63,146 nt of DNA, taken from NCBI RefSeq assembly GCF_004010195.1, contig NC_057749.1, forward strand, positions 11,715,880 through 11,779,025, given 5' to 3'. Shown one piece after another: positions 50,295 through 62,189 of this stretch. Under the pieces are notes generated by a model. That model was not told the origin of the DNA, searched no databases, and was given only the letters and a program-made list of their open reading frames with translations. Positions within the stretch are counted from its first letter, which is position 1. The number at the start of each line of letters is the position of its first letter. The position numbers and the translations under genes are program-made. This DNA is from Chiloscyllium plagiosum. Its lineage: Eukaryota.

Positions 50295-51170
50295 AATAGA
50301 AAACACACACCGGATCATCAACGCCACACTCACAGGAATCAGATTCACTAGAGAGGAAGAAAAGGACAACCAACTCCCATTCCTAGCCATGACGGTGCAG
50401 AGAACACCGAACGGAGAATTCACCACAAAGGTATACAGGAAAGCCACACACACAGACCAAGTCCTGAACTATGAAAGCAACCACCCCAACACACACAAAA
50501 GAAGTTGCATCAAGACACTGTTCAAAAGGGCCACAACACACTACAGTACACCAGAACTGCAAAAAGAGGAAGAAGAATACCTCTACAATGTATTCGCCAA
50601 AAACGGATACCCCCGCAATTTCATCAACAGATGCCTAAGGGAAAGACAACGGAACAAGGACATGCCACAACCTAAAGGACTAGCCACATTACCATACTTC
50701 AAGAACATTTCTGAACTGACAGCCAGATTACTGCGACCACTAGGACTCATAACAGCACACAAATGTCAGTTCCAGCTGTCCGTTGCAGTGGTCAGTATAT
50801 TGGGTCCAGATCGATGTGCTTATTGATTGGATCTGAAGTCACTACTATTATAGGACAAGCCAAACAGAGAACAGCCAGGGAATTCCTAGAGGCATGGCAG
50901 TCATCCACAGATTATATCAACAAACACATCGACCTGGACCCAATATACCGGCCACTGAAGCGGACAGCAGGAACTGACAACCGGAAGCGGCAGAGACAAA
51001 CCACTATAAATGCCGGAGGAAACATTACAGAAGCGCTTCACAGGAGGCTCCCAAGCACTGAGGATGTCACCTAGACAGGGGATGAAACGTCTGCAACACA
51101 AATTCCCAGCTCGGCAAACAGAACCACAACAATGAGCACCCAAGCTACAAATCTTCTCACAAACTTTGAA
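50295..51170 (+). mobile_element. Penelope-like element (Poseidon-type): RT C-terminal part, inversion, pLTR with hammerhead 51058-51091
   Basis: KVYRKATHTDQVLNYESNHP..NGYPRNFI..TLPY; 50764-50835 is an inverted copy of ~50908-50980. Confidence 0.88.
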
Positions 51171-51732
51171 GAGTCATAGAGTCATAGAGATGTACAGCAC
51201 AGAAACAGACCCTTCGGTCCAACTCATCCATGCCGTTCAGATACCCTAAATTAATCTAGTCCTATTTGCCAACATTTAGCCCATATCCTTTGACACCCTT
51301 CCTATTCAGATCCCCATCAGATGCCTTTTAAATGTTGTAATTGTATTATAGTTCTTTGAGAAAGAGACAGATAATATAGAAAAGAACAACCTGAGGGTGC
51401 ATTATTCTTGGATTTCCAGAAGGTGTCACACGAAAGCTTACGACACAAAGTAAGAGCTCAATGTGTAGGGGTAACATACTTGCAAAGAGAAAATTGGCTA
51501 ATTAACAAGAAATACAGTAGGTATAAACGGGCTGTTTTCAGATTAGAAAGACGTAACAATTGAAGTGTCATAGGTCTCAGTGCTGTAGTGTATCGTTAGT
51601 AAATTTACAGATTTTGCAAAGATAGGTAGAAAAGCAAGTTGTGAAGTGGGCAAAAATATGGAAAACGGAGTGTAATATGGTTGAATATGAATTGCCAGGA
51701 AAGACGGAAAGGAAGTACACTATCTAAATAAA

Positions 51733-52525
51733 GTTAAAAATCACACAACACCAGGTTTTAGTCCAACAGGTTTTTTTTTGGAAGTACTGGCTTTCATCAG
51801 ACAGCTGTGAAACAGGATCTAAAACACAGAGTTTATAGCAACAGATTACAGGGTCATGCAACTGAAATATACATTGAACAAACCTAAATTGCTATTGCAT
51901 CTTTCATCTTTTAGAATGGTTTGCAGGTTTCGGTTCATTAATATGTAAATCCCAGAACCTGCAGCCCATTCTAAAAAATGAAAGATGCAAGAGCAATCTA
52001 GATTAGATTAGATTACTTACAGTGTGCAAACAGGCCCTGCGGCCTAACAAGTCCATACCGACCCGCCGAAGCACAACTGACCCATACCCCTACATTTACC
52101 CCTTTACCTAACACTATGGGCAATTTAGCATGGCCAATTCACCTAACCTGCACATTTTTGGACTGTGGGAGGAAACCGGAGCACCCGGAGGAAACCCACG
52201 CAGACACGGGGAGAATGTGCAAACTCCACACAGTCAGTCGCCTGAATCAGGAATTGAACCCGGGTCTCTGGCGCTGTGAGGCAGCAGTGCTAACCATTGT
52301 GCCACCGTGCCGCCCTAGATATATTGAACAATCTAGGTTTGTTCAATATATCATTTCATTTGCATGACACTGTAATCTTTTGCCATAAATTCTGTGTCTT
52401 AAATTCCTGTTTTACAGCTACCTGATGAAAGCCAGTACTTCCAAAAAAACCTGTTGGATTATAATCTGGTGTTGTGTGATTTTTAACTTTGTCCACTTCA
52501 GTCCAACACTGACTCCTCCACATCA
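51733..52525. mobile_element. Family C long palindromic element (arms ~200 bp) with nested HE1 SINE
   Basis: AAGTTAAAAATCACACAACACCAG versus CTGGTGTTGTGTGATTTTTAACTT; flanks TATCTAAATAAA / TATTTAAATAAA. Confidence 0.78.
51999..52315 (-). mobile_element. HE1-like V-SINE, young, full length
   Basis: Intact head GGGCGGCACGGTGGCACAATGG, many CpGs retained, (TCTAA)n tail. Confidence 0.92.
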
Positions 52526-53369
52526 TATTTAAATAAAAGTAGATTGCAGAATTGTGAGGTTCACAGTAATCCTGGTATCCTGGTACACAAATCACAAAAT
52601 GTTACTATGTAGGTGCAGCAAATGACCAGGAAGAAAAATGGACTATTGATGTTTATTGCAAGGGGAAGGGAATATAAAAATAGGGTTGTTTTGATACAGT
52701 TTAACAGGTAATTGCTGAGACCACAATCTGGACTACTGTATACAATTCTGATCTCATTTAATAATGATATTATTGCATTAGAAACAATTCAGAGAGGGTT
52801 CACAAGACTGATTCAAGGAACGTAAGAGTTATAGGCAAGTTTGGATATTTTGGGCCTGTATCCATTAGAGTTTGGAAGATTGAGATGTGATCTTACTGAA
52901 ACATGTAAGATCCTGAGAGGATTTGAAAAGATGGCTGCTGAAATGATGCTCCCTCTTGTGGAAGAGACGACAACTAGGATAAAGTTTAGAACTATGGGGT
53001 TTTACATAGAAAATGTAGGACAGAAATAGGGCATTTGGCTCTTCCAACCTGCTCCATCATTCAATTTGATCATGATTGTTCCTCTTTCTCCCCAAACCCC
53101 GAGATGTCTTTAGAATCTGAAAATGTATTTTTTAAATAATATATTTAATGACAGCCTTCTGTGGTAGAGAATTCCACAGGTCTATTTTTCCTCATCTGAG
53201 TCCTACCTGATCTAATCACTATCCTGAGGCTGTGTTCCCTGGTTCTAGACTCCAAAGATTGAAACATCCTTCTTAACTCTAGTAAACACAGACCCAGTCA
53301 AACTTATCTCTCCTCATGGGACACAGTCCTGCTTATCAGTCCAGTGATGCTCTGCTGCTTTCCCTCTAT

Positions 53370-54494
53370 CAGGAATGAGGCAAGTGGCCCAAGGGGGCTA
53401 AGAGATGTATGGGAGGGGGTGGGGCTGGGGGGAGCAAGATAGCTGGGAATGCAATGGGTAGTTGAAGGTGGGGGTGAAGATGATAGGTCGGAGAGGAGGG
53501 TGAAGCAGATATGTGGGCATATAGTACAGTTCAAGAGGACGGTGCTGAGTTGGAATGTTCAATCTGGAATAAGGTTGGGGGGGGGGGGGAAATGAGGAAA
53601 CTGGTGAAATCCTCATTGATCCCGTGTGGCTGGAGGGTCCCAAGGTGGAAAATGAAGCATTCTTGCTCCAGGCATTGGTGGTTAGGGTTTGCTGTGGAGG
53701 AGGCCCAGGACTTGTCCTTGATGGAGTGGGTAGAAGTGCAATCCTTCCCTGCCACCGTCAGAAGTGTAAAAATCTACACCCACACCACCCCCCTTGCCCC
53801 CCTCCATGGCCCCAAAGGATCCTTCCACGTCCAACACATGTACTTCCACACACATCATCTACTATGTCCGTTGCTCTCAATGTGGTCTCCTCTACATTGG
53901 GGAGACAGGACGCCAACTCGCAGAACTTCAGAGAACATCTCTGGGACACACGCACCAAACAACCCCACCACCTCATGGCCAAACACTTTAACTCCCATCC
54001 CACTCCGCCAAGAATGTGCAAGTCTTGGGCCTTCTCCACCGCCAAACCCTAAACACCCAACACCTGGAGGAAGAACACCTCATCTTCCACCTTGGGACCC
54101 TCCAAACACACCGGATCAGCATGGATTTCACAAGTTTCCGCCTTTCCCCTCCCCTCACCTTAACCCAGATCCAACCTTCCAACTCGGCACTGCCCTCTTG
54201 AACTGCCCTACCTGTCCATCTTCCTTCCCACCTATCTACTCTACCCTCCTCTCCAACCCATCACCTTCACCTGCACCTTCATCTACCCATTCCCAGATAC
54301 CTTCCCCCATCCCAGCCACACCCCCCTCCCATTTATCTTTCAGCCCCCTTGGGCCACAAGCCTCATTCCTGATGAAGGGCCTACACTTGAAACATCGATT
54401 CTCCTGCTCCTCGGATGCTGCCTGACCGGCTGTGCTTTTCCAGCATGACACTCTTCAACTTTTGATCTCCAGCATCTGCAGTCCTCACTTTCTC
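53370..54494. mobile_element. Neptune-type PLE with GIY-YIG remnant and inverted 5' copy, ~15-bp TSD
   Basis: HIIYYVRCSQCGLLYIGETGR; 53370-53730 is an inverted copy of ~53990-54373; TSD CTGCTTTCCCTCTAT / CTGCATTCTCTCTAT. Confidence 0.85.
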
Positions 54495-54869
54495 CTGCAT
54501 TCTCTCTATGACAAGTATATCCTCTTTTAGGCAGCAAGATCAAAACTGCACACAATACACCAGTTGTGATCGCAGCAAGATCTTGTATAACTGCAGTACT
54601 TCTGAACTCAAATTCTCTTGCAATGAAAACCAACATACCATTTGCCTTACTCATTGCTTAACATACCTGCCTGTCTAGTTTCATTAGAGACAAAAAAACT
54701 GCGGATGCTGGAATCCAAGGTAGACAAGCAGGAAGCTGAAAGAACACAGCAAGCCAGGCAGCATCAGAAGGTGGAGAATTTGACGTTTCAGCTGTAACTC
54801 TTCTTCAGGACTATCTATTTCCATTGACTGGTTTACAAAAACACCCAGACCTCTTTAAATAAAATAAGG

Positions 54870-57805
54870 ATGGAGGGTCAGGTGATGCATTGTTTCTGCA
54901 TGATGTGGGAGCTGAAGGACCTCATTGTGGTTTCCAGTGACCATGTCTGTAGGAAATGTTGGTTGCTGGAAGAACTCCGGCTCAGAGTTGATAAGTTGGA
55001 GTCTGACCTTCAAACATTGCGACGCATCAGGGAGGGAGAGTGTTACCTGGATGCTATGTTTCAGGAGACAGTCACACCCATTAAATGAACTAACTCAAAT
55101 TCAGCCAGTGGCCAGGGACCGGAGGGTGTGGCTGTGAGTGAGGCAGGTAGAGGGATCCGGGAGGTAGAGTTGCAGGAGTCTCAGCCCCTGACCTTGTCCA
55201 ACAGGTTCAACAGTTTTGCTCCCTGTGTGGACAGGAATGGGGACTGCAGGGAGGACGAGCCAACTGACCACAGCACCGTGGCGCAGGGAGTCATTCAAGA
55301 GGGGTGTGAGAAGAGAATTGTTGTTGTAATTGGGGATAATATAGTTACAGGCATAGACACTGTTCTCTGTAACCAGAATCGAGATGTTGTGTTGCCTGCC
55401 TGGTGCTTGAATTCAGAATATCTCATCTGAACTGCAAAGGAACTTGGAGTGGGAAGGTAAAGATCCAGTAGTTGTGGTCCACGTAGGTTCCAATGACATA
55501 GGTAAAACCAGGGAAAGAGATTCGGCTAAGCAAGTATAAACAGCTAGGTGCTAAATTAAACAGCAGAACCAAGAAGGTAATAATCTCTGGATCACTACCT
55601 CAGCCACAAGCTAATTGGCACAGGATCAATAAGATTAAGGAAGAACATGTGTAGCTCAAAGATTGATGTGGGAGAAATGGGTTTGAATTCATGGGACATT
55701 GGCACCAGTATTGGGGAAGAAGGGACCTGTTCCAATGGAACAGTCTTCATCTGAACTGTGCTAGGACCAGAGTCCCAGCAATCACATAGCTGGGGCTACA
55801 GACAGGAATTTAAACTAAATAGGGTTGGGGAGGGTCCAGTTATAGGGGAAATTAGAAAACTCGAATTAAGGGAGGAGGTAAGACTGCAGAACTCAGGAGA
55901 GGTTATTAAAATCTCCAGTTCAAACACAAATAAGACTGAGTGTATGGAAAGGGTTAGCAATTAAACTTTAAGCATGCTGGACAAATAAGTGACAATGAGA
56001 AGAGGGGCAGTTAATACAGGTCTGAAGGTGTATACCTGAATGCACATAGTATAAGGAATAAGGTAAATGAACTTGTGGCACAAATCAAAATTGGCAGGTA
56101 TGACATGGTGGACATCAAGGAGACACGGCTGCAAGGGGATCAAGATTAGGAACTGGATATCCAAAGATATACATCCTATTGAAAAGATAGGCAGGTGGGC
56201 AGAAGGGGTGGGCTTGCCTTATTAGTAATGAAACTAAATCAATAGTATGAAATGAAGTAGAGTCAGATTGTGCAGAATCTGTGTGAGTAGAATTGAGGAA
56301 CCGTAAAAGTAAAAAAACCATAGTTACATTTATGTACAGGGGAACCTCGATTATCCGAACGTGATGGGCAGGCACGATTTCATTCGGATAATTGATTATT
56401 TGGTTAATCAATTAAATGCCTTTCCTCTGGGGTTCAGAGTTTTTAAAGTCTGCTCCCTGTTCAGGTGACAGTGTGCAAGCCCCCCCCCCAGAACTGCCCC
56501 CCTGCGGCCCCCTCTCCAGGGCAACCACACTGGACACCAACAACAAGACTGCTGCTGCTGCCTTTATGGGGTAAGTCTCCAAATAGCGTGCGCGCACACA
56601 CACACCCACAGCTACAGCCACAGCCACACACACAACTTTTTACTGCACCTTTTTGACGGGTTTTACATTTGCCCTGTACAGGACAATGTTGGAGAGATTA
56701 TCTGGGGAAGGGGGGGGCTTAGGGTACACCCCTCAGTAGAACTCCAGGGAAAGTGTGTAGGGGGAGAGAGAGGGCAGGAGGTCAGTCATTTGGAGATGGT
56801 GCCTGTTTAATCACTGTAAACAAAAGACACGATCACTGTTGGAAACACGTCTTTGATGCAATGTTTCTATTGGGACCTCGAGATCTTCTTTGGATAATCC
56901 GATTTTCGGATAATTGGTATTCGGATAATTGAGGTTCCTCTAAAATAGGCCTCCAAACAATAGTCAGAAGCTGGGGCACAGGATACACCAGGAGATAGAA
57001 AAGATGTGTAGGAAAGGCAAAGGTACAGTGATCATGGGGGATTTCAACATTCAGGTGGTCTGGGAAAATCAGGTTGGTAGTGGGCTGCAAGAAAAGGAAT
57101 TTGTGGAATGTCTATGAGATGGCGTTTTGGAGCAATTTGTGGTGAAGCCCACTAGGGAACAGACAACACTGGATTTAGTGTTGAGCCATGAGGCAGACTT
57201 GATAAGGAAGCTTAAGATGAAGGAACCCTTAGGAGGCAGTGATCATAACAGGACTGAATTTACTCTGCAATCTGAGAGGGAGAAGATAGAATCAGATTAT
57301 GGTATTACAGCTGAATAAAGGCAACTTCAGAGGCATGAGGGAGGAGCTAGGTCGAATTGTCTGGAAGAGGATCCTAGTAGGAAAGACAGTGGAACAGCAA
57401 TGGCAAGAGTTTCTGAGAGTAATTCAGGAGACACGGCAGAGATTCATCCCACAGAAAAAGAAGCATGGTACAGGAAGAATGAGGAAACCATGGCTGACGA
57501 GGGAAGTCAGGGATAGCATAAAACGTGACGAAGGGCAGTGGGTAACCAGAAGATTGGGAAGCTTACAAAGACCAACAGAGGAGAACAAGAAAAAATAAAT
57601 GAGGAGGGAGAAGATTAATTATGAGGCTAAGCTAGCCAGTAAAAAAAAGGAAGACCATAGAGTTCCTTGAGATATATAAAGAGCAAAATAGAGGCAAAAG
57701 TGGACAATGGGCTGCTGGAAAATGATGCCAAACAGAGAGGAGTGGGGAACAAGGAAATGACTGAGGAACTGAATAATTACTTCACATCAGTCTTCCCAGT
57801 GGAAA
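54870..57805 (+). mobile_element. CR1 LINE 5' part (ORF1 Cys-rich, coiled-coil and esterase; ORF2 endonuclease), degenerate
   Basis: CFCMMWE..HVCRKC..LRLRVDKLE; VVVIGDNIV; VIMGDFN; PTREQTTLDLVL. Confidence 0.85.
56337..56942. mobile_element. Tc1/mariner (Tigger/pogo-like) MITE inserted in CR1
   Basis: TA|CAGGGGAACCTCGATTATCCGAA ... TTCGGATAATTGAGGTTCCTCT TIRs; repeated subterminal TTCGGATAAT. Confidence 0.85.
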
Positions 57806-57806
57806 A

Positions 57807-58090
57807 TTAGATTAGATTAGATTCCCTACAGTATGGAAACAGGCCCTTCGGCTCAACAAGTTCACAACGACCTGCTGAACAGTAACCCACCCAGCCCCAT
57901 TCCCCTACCCTATATTCATCCCTGACTAATGCACCTACACTACGGCAATTTAGCATGGCCAATTCACCTAACCTGCACATCTTTGGACTGTGGGAGGAAA
58001 CCAGAGCACCGGAGGAAACCCACACAGACATAGGGATATTGTGCAAACTCCACACAGACTCCCAAGACGGGAATCGAACCCAAGTCCCTG
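57807..58090 (-). mobile_element. HE1-like V-SINE, 5'-truncated
   Basis: V-domain, B box, (TCTAA)n tail. Confidence 0.88.
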
Positions 58091-58465
58091 AGATCTAATT
58101 GAAACATACAGAGTACTGAATGGCCTGGATAGAGTAGATGTTGGGAAGATGTTTCCATTGATAGGAGAGACTAGGACCTGAGGGCACAGCCTCAGAGTAA
58201 AGGGAAGACCTTTTAGAACGGAGATAAGGAAAAACTTCTGCAGCCAGAGAGTGGTGAATCTATGGAATACATTGCCACAGAAGGCTGTGGAGGCCAAGCC
58301 ACTGAGCATATTTAAGACTGAGATTCTTGAATATCAAGGGGATCAAAGGTTACAAGAGAAAGCAAGAGAATGGGGTTGAGAAACTTATCAGCCATGATCA
58401 AATGGTAGAGCAGACCCAATGAGCAGAATGGCTTAATTTCTGCTCCTATGTCTTATGGTCTTAGT
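58091..58465 (+). mobile_element. CR1 3' end
   Basis: Matches 37890-38250. Confidence 0.8.
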
Positions 58466-58561
58466 ACTTCTCACCATTTAAATAATATTAGATTAGATTA
58501 GATTAGATTAGATATTCTTTCTTTCTATTTTTCACACCGAAGTATATAACTTCATATTTTG

Positions 58562-58795
58562 CAACAAAAACAGAAATTGCTGAAAAAAATCTCAGCCAAT
58601 CTGGTAGCATCTGTGGAGAGAAAGCAAAGTTAACATTTCGGGTCCAGTGACTCTTCTTCAGAATAAAGTGTTCTGAAGAAGGATCACCGGACTCAAAACG
58701 TTAACTCTGCTTTCTCTCAACAGATGCTACCAGACCTGCAGAGTTTTCCCAGCAATTCCTATATATGTTTCTGATTTCTATCATCTGCAGTTCTT
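58562..58795. mobile_element. Family B palindromic element with two back-to-back hammerhead motifs
   Basis: TTAACATTTCGGGTCCAGTGACTCTTCTTCAGAA-TAAAGTG-TTCTGAAGAAGGATCACCGGACTCAAAACGTTAA. Confidence 0.78.
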
Positions 58796-59415
58796 CCAGT
58801 TTCACACATAGCAACTTTGTGTTGCATCTGCCACATCTTTCCCTGTAGAAGAAATTTTGTGGCCCTGGAAGCCATTTTCTTTGTGCCTTATCTTAGCTAC
58901 CCTAAAAATCATTACTAAGAGAAATTTGTAACTAACTGCGTACAAGATTCTGTGTCAAAGTCTGACCTGACCCAGTAGGACTGAGATTAAGTGTATCCAT
59001 AAGAAAGAAAGCATTATTGAAAATTAACAGTTGGTTATCTCTGTTCTGTGCTCCTGCAACAATGTACAAGATAATTAATTGTCTGCAATTAATTGTCAGC
59101 CTGCAGTCAGTAAAATTCATATAAGCGCCTGTTAACTTGTGGCACCTAGCATAAGAGAGGGCTTAGTTAAGAATTTGGGTCCATTCCTGAGTAACCCCTA
59201 TTTTTCCTTTACTTATGGTGTTGCCTTTTCTTGATTTAAGGTTTCACTCCTGATAACCCCAACCATGCTTTCTGCAAAACTCATGAAATACTTTATCTGT
59301 GGAATGTTGTTAAATTAGCAATGTAATACACAGTATTGACACAAGCCTAAACAATAGACCTTTTAATAAACATTTTTGGCAAGACCTCCACTTTACCTAA
59401 TGCAAGTGTAAGTAG

Positions 59416-59427
59416 GCCATCTAGTGG
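59416..59427 (-). promoter_or_regulatory. Candidate CTCF binding site
   Basis: Minus strand CCACTAGATGGC, matching the CTCF core consensus, in a repeat-free island. Confidence 0.5.
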
Positions 59428-59699
59428 CTATTTTGTCATACTGTGTCTAGTTAAGCAAATTATCAACTGGGTCACATATAAACCCCTGCTGAACTGTAAT
59501 ATTTCGAAGCAGTTAGCAATCTGTTTTACGGACTGGCTGCTTCCCATGATATATCATGAAATAAAGTTGGTCAATACTGAAGATCTGAAATTTTCTTCGA
59601 CATTCCCACTTACTCAACTTGTCTAAATCACCTTGAAACCTCCTTATGTTCTCCTCACAACTTCATCTGACACAACCATGTGCTGTCAGCAAACTTTGA

Positions 59700-60220
59700 A
59701 ATGCTGTATTTGGTTCCTTCATCCAAGAAGGATATTATTAAATTGGAGAGGGTTCAGAGAAGATTTACCAAGATGTTGCTGGGACTGGAGGATTTGAATT
59801 GTAAGGAGAGGCTGGATAGGCTGGGATCTTTTCCACTGGAGTGTAGGAGGTTGAAGGGTGACCTTATAGAGGTTTATAAAATCATGAGGGCATAGATAAG
59901 GTGAATAGCAAAGATCTTTTCCCTTGGATGGGGGTGTTAAAAACTAGGGGACATTTTTTAAGGTGAGGAGAAATTTAAAAGGAATCTGAAGGGCAACATT
60001 TTGACACAGAGAGTGGTTCATATGCGGAATGAACTGCCAGAGGAAGTGGTAGATGCAGTACAGTTACAACATTTAAAAGATATTTGGACAGGTATGCGAA
60101 TAGGAAAGGTGTAGAGGGATATGGGCCAAATGCAGGGAAGTGGGATTAGCTTAGTTTGGGAAACTTGGTCAGCATGGACAGTGGGACTGAAGGGTCAGTT
60201 TCCCTGCTATATGACTCCAT
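59700..60220 (+). mobile_element. CR1 3' end
   Basis: KDIIKLERVQRRFTKML..RLKGDLIEVYKIM. Confidence 0.85.
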
Positions 60221-60240
60221 CACTTAAACATTTGTATATA

Positions 60241-61870
60241 TTAGCAAGTTTTGAGAAGATATGTGGCTCAGGTTGAGGTTCTGGATGTAGGTTTGCTCGC
60301 TGAGCTGGAAGGTTCATTTTCAGACGTTTCATCACCATACTAGGTAAGATCTTCAGTGAGCCTCCGGATGAAGCATTGCCGATGATTCCTGCTTTCTATT
60401 TATATGTTTGGGTTTCTTTAGGTTGGTGATGTCATTTCCTGCGTGGATGTCATTTCCTATGGTGATGTCATTTCCAATTCTTTTTCTCAGGAGGTAGTAA
60501 ATGGGGTCCAAGTCAACGTGTCTGTTGATAGAGTTCCAATTGGAATGTCATGCTTTTAGGAATTCTCATGCATGTCTTTGTTTGGCTTGTCCTAGGATGG
60601 ATGTGTTGTCCAGCCGAAGTTGTGTCCCTCCTTATCTGTATGTAAGGATACTAGTGAAAGAGAGTCATGTCGTTTTGTGGCTAGTTGATGTTCATGTATC
60701 CTGGTGGCTAGTTTTCTGCCTGTTTGTCCAATGTAGTGTTTGCTACAGTCCTTGCATGGTATTTTGTAAATGACATTAGTTTTGTTTGTTGTCTGTATAG
60801 GATCTTTCAAGTTCATTCGCTGCTGTTTTAGTGTGTTGGTGGGTTTGTGGGCTAGCATGATGTCAAGGGGTCTGAGTAGTCTGGCAGTCATTTCCAAGAT
60901 GTCTTTGATGTAGGGGAGAATGGCTAGGGTTTCTGGATGTGTTTTGTCTGCTTATTTGGGTTTGTTTCTGAGAAATCCGCCGACTTGTGTTCATTGGGTA
61001 CCCATTCTTTTTGAATACACTGTACAGATGATTTTCCTCTGCTCTGTGTACTTCCTCTGTGCTGCAGTGCGTGGTGGCTTGTTGAAGTAAAGTTCTGATG
61101 CAGTATCATTTGTGGATGTTGGTATGATGGCTTCTGTAGTTCAATATTTGGTCTGTATGTGTTGTTTTCCTGAGTATGCTGGTTTGAAGTTCCCCATTGG
61201 CTGTTCGGTCTACTGTGACATCTAGGAATGGCAGTTTGTTGTTGTTTTCTTCCTCTTTAGTGAATTTTATGCCAGTAAGGCTATTATTGATGGTCTTGAA
61301 GGTTTCCTCTAATTTGTTTCATTTAGTGATGACAAAGGTGTCATCCATGTAGCGGATCCAGAGTTTGGGTTGGATGGTTGGCAAGGCAGTTTGTTCAAGT
61401 CTCTGCATTATTGTCTCTGCTAAGAACCCTGGTATCAGAGATCCCACGGGTGTTCTGTTGGTTTGACTGTAGGTTTTGTTGTTGAAGGTGTAGTGGGTGG
61501 TAAGGCATAAGTCCACAAGCTTGACGATACTGTCCTTGCTGATGAAGTTGGTGGTGATTGATGTATGTGTCTTTGGGTCTTCTAATAGTGTAGTCAGTGT
61601 TTACTTGGCCTGATTGATGTGAGTAGGGCTATACATCAAAGGAAACCATTATTTCATCCTCTTCTATCTTAGTGTCTTTGATGGTCTTCAGGAATTCTTG
61701 AGTGGAGTGGATGGAATGGCTTGAGTCTTGTACTAAGTGTTTTATTCTTTGGTGTAGCTCATGGCCAATCTGTAAGTTGATGTTCCAGGTGACGAGACTA
61801 TGAGTCTGAGGGGGACTCCTGGTTTGTGAATTTTGGGTAATCCATAGAAGCGTGGTGTGTTGGATCCGTC
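60241..61870 (-). mobile_element. Penelope-like element (Poseidon-type), RT + GIY-YIG + pLTR, degenerate; hammerhead 60323-60356
   Basis: EIMVSFDV, WIRYMDDTFVI, VIYKIPCKDCSKHYIGQTGRKLATRIHEH. Confidence 0.92.
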
Positions 61871-62189
61871 TGGAAAATTGAGTTGAAGGCACAATCAAAT
61901 CAGCAATGATCGAATGAATAGCAGAGCAGGCTCGAGGGGCTGAATGACCTAGACCTGCTGTCAATTTGTATGCTTATATTCTTGACCTTTTGTATTGTAT
62001 CTCATCTATATTGCCTCTACCTCCAATGTCCTAAACTGAGAGATGTCTTTCCATGACCTGTCCAATGTTTCTCAACAAATCATCAGCAAAATCAGATAAA
62101 TCAGGCTTCCCATTTTTATCAATCAGTACCTCCAAATCTGCATTGCATGAGGAATAATGGGATGTTTAAGGGTGTGACTGGTGCAGTAT

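Noticed and set aside
53511..54425. 304-aa ORF as a novel gene
   Set aside because: Pro-rich off-frame read across an inverted PLE junction
26785..61870. Intact autonomous CR1 or PLE
   Set aside because: All RT, endonuclease and GIY-YIG frames are truncated or carry stops and frameshifts
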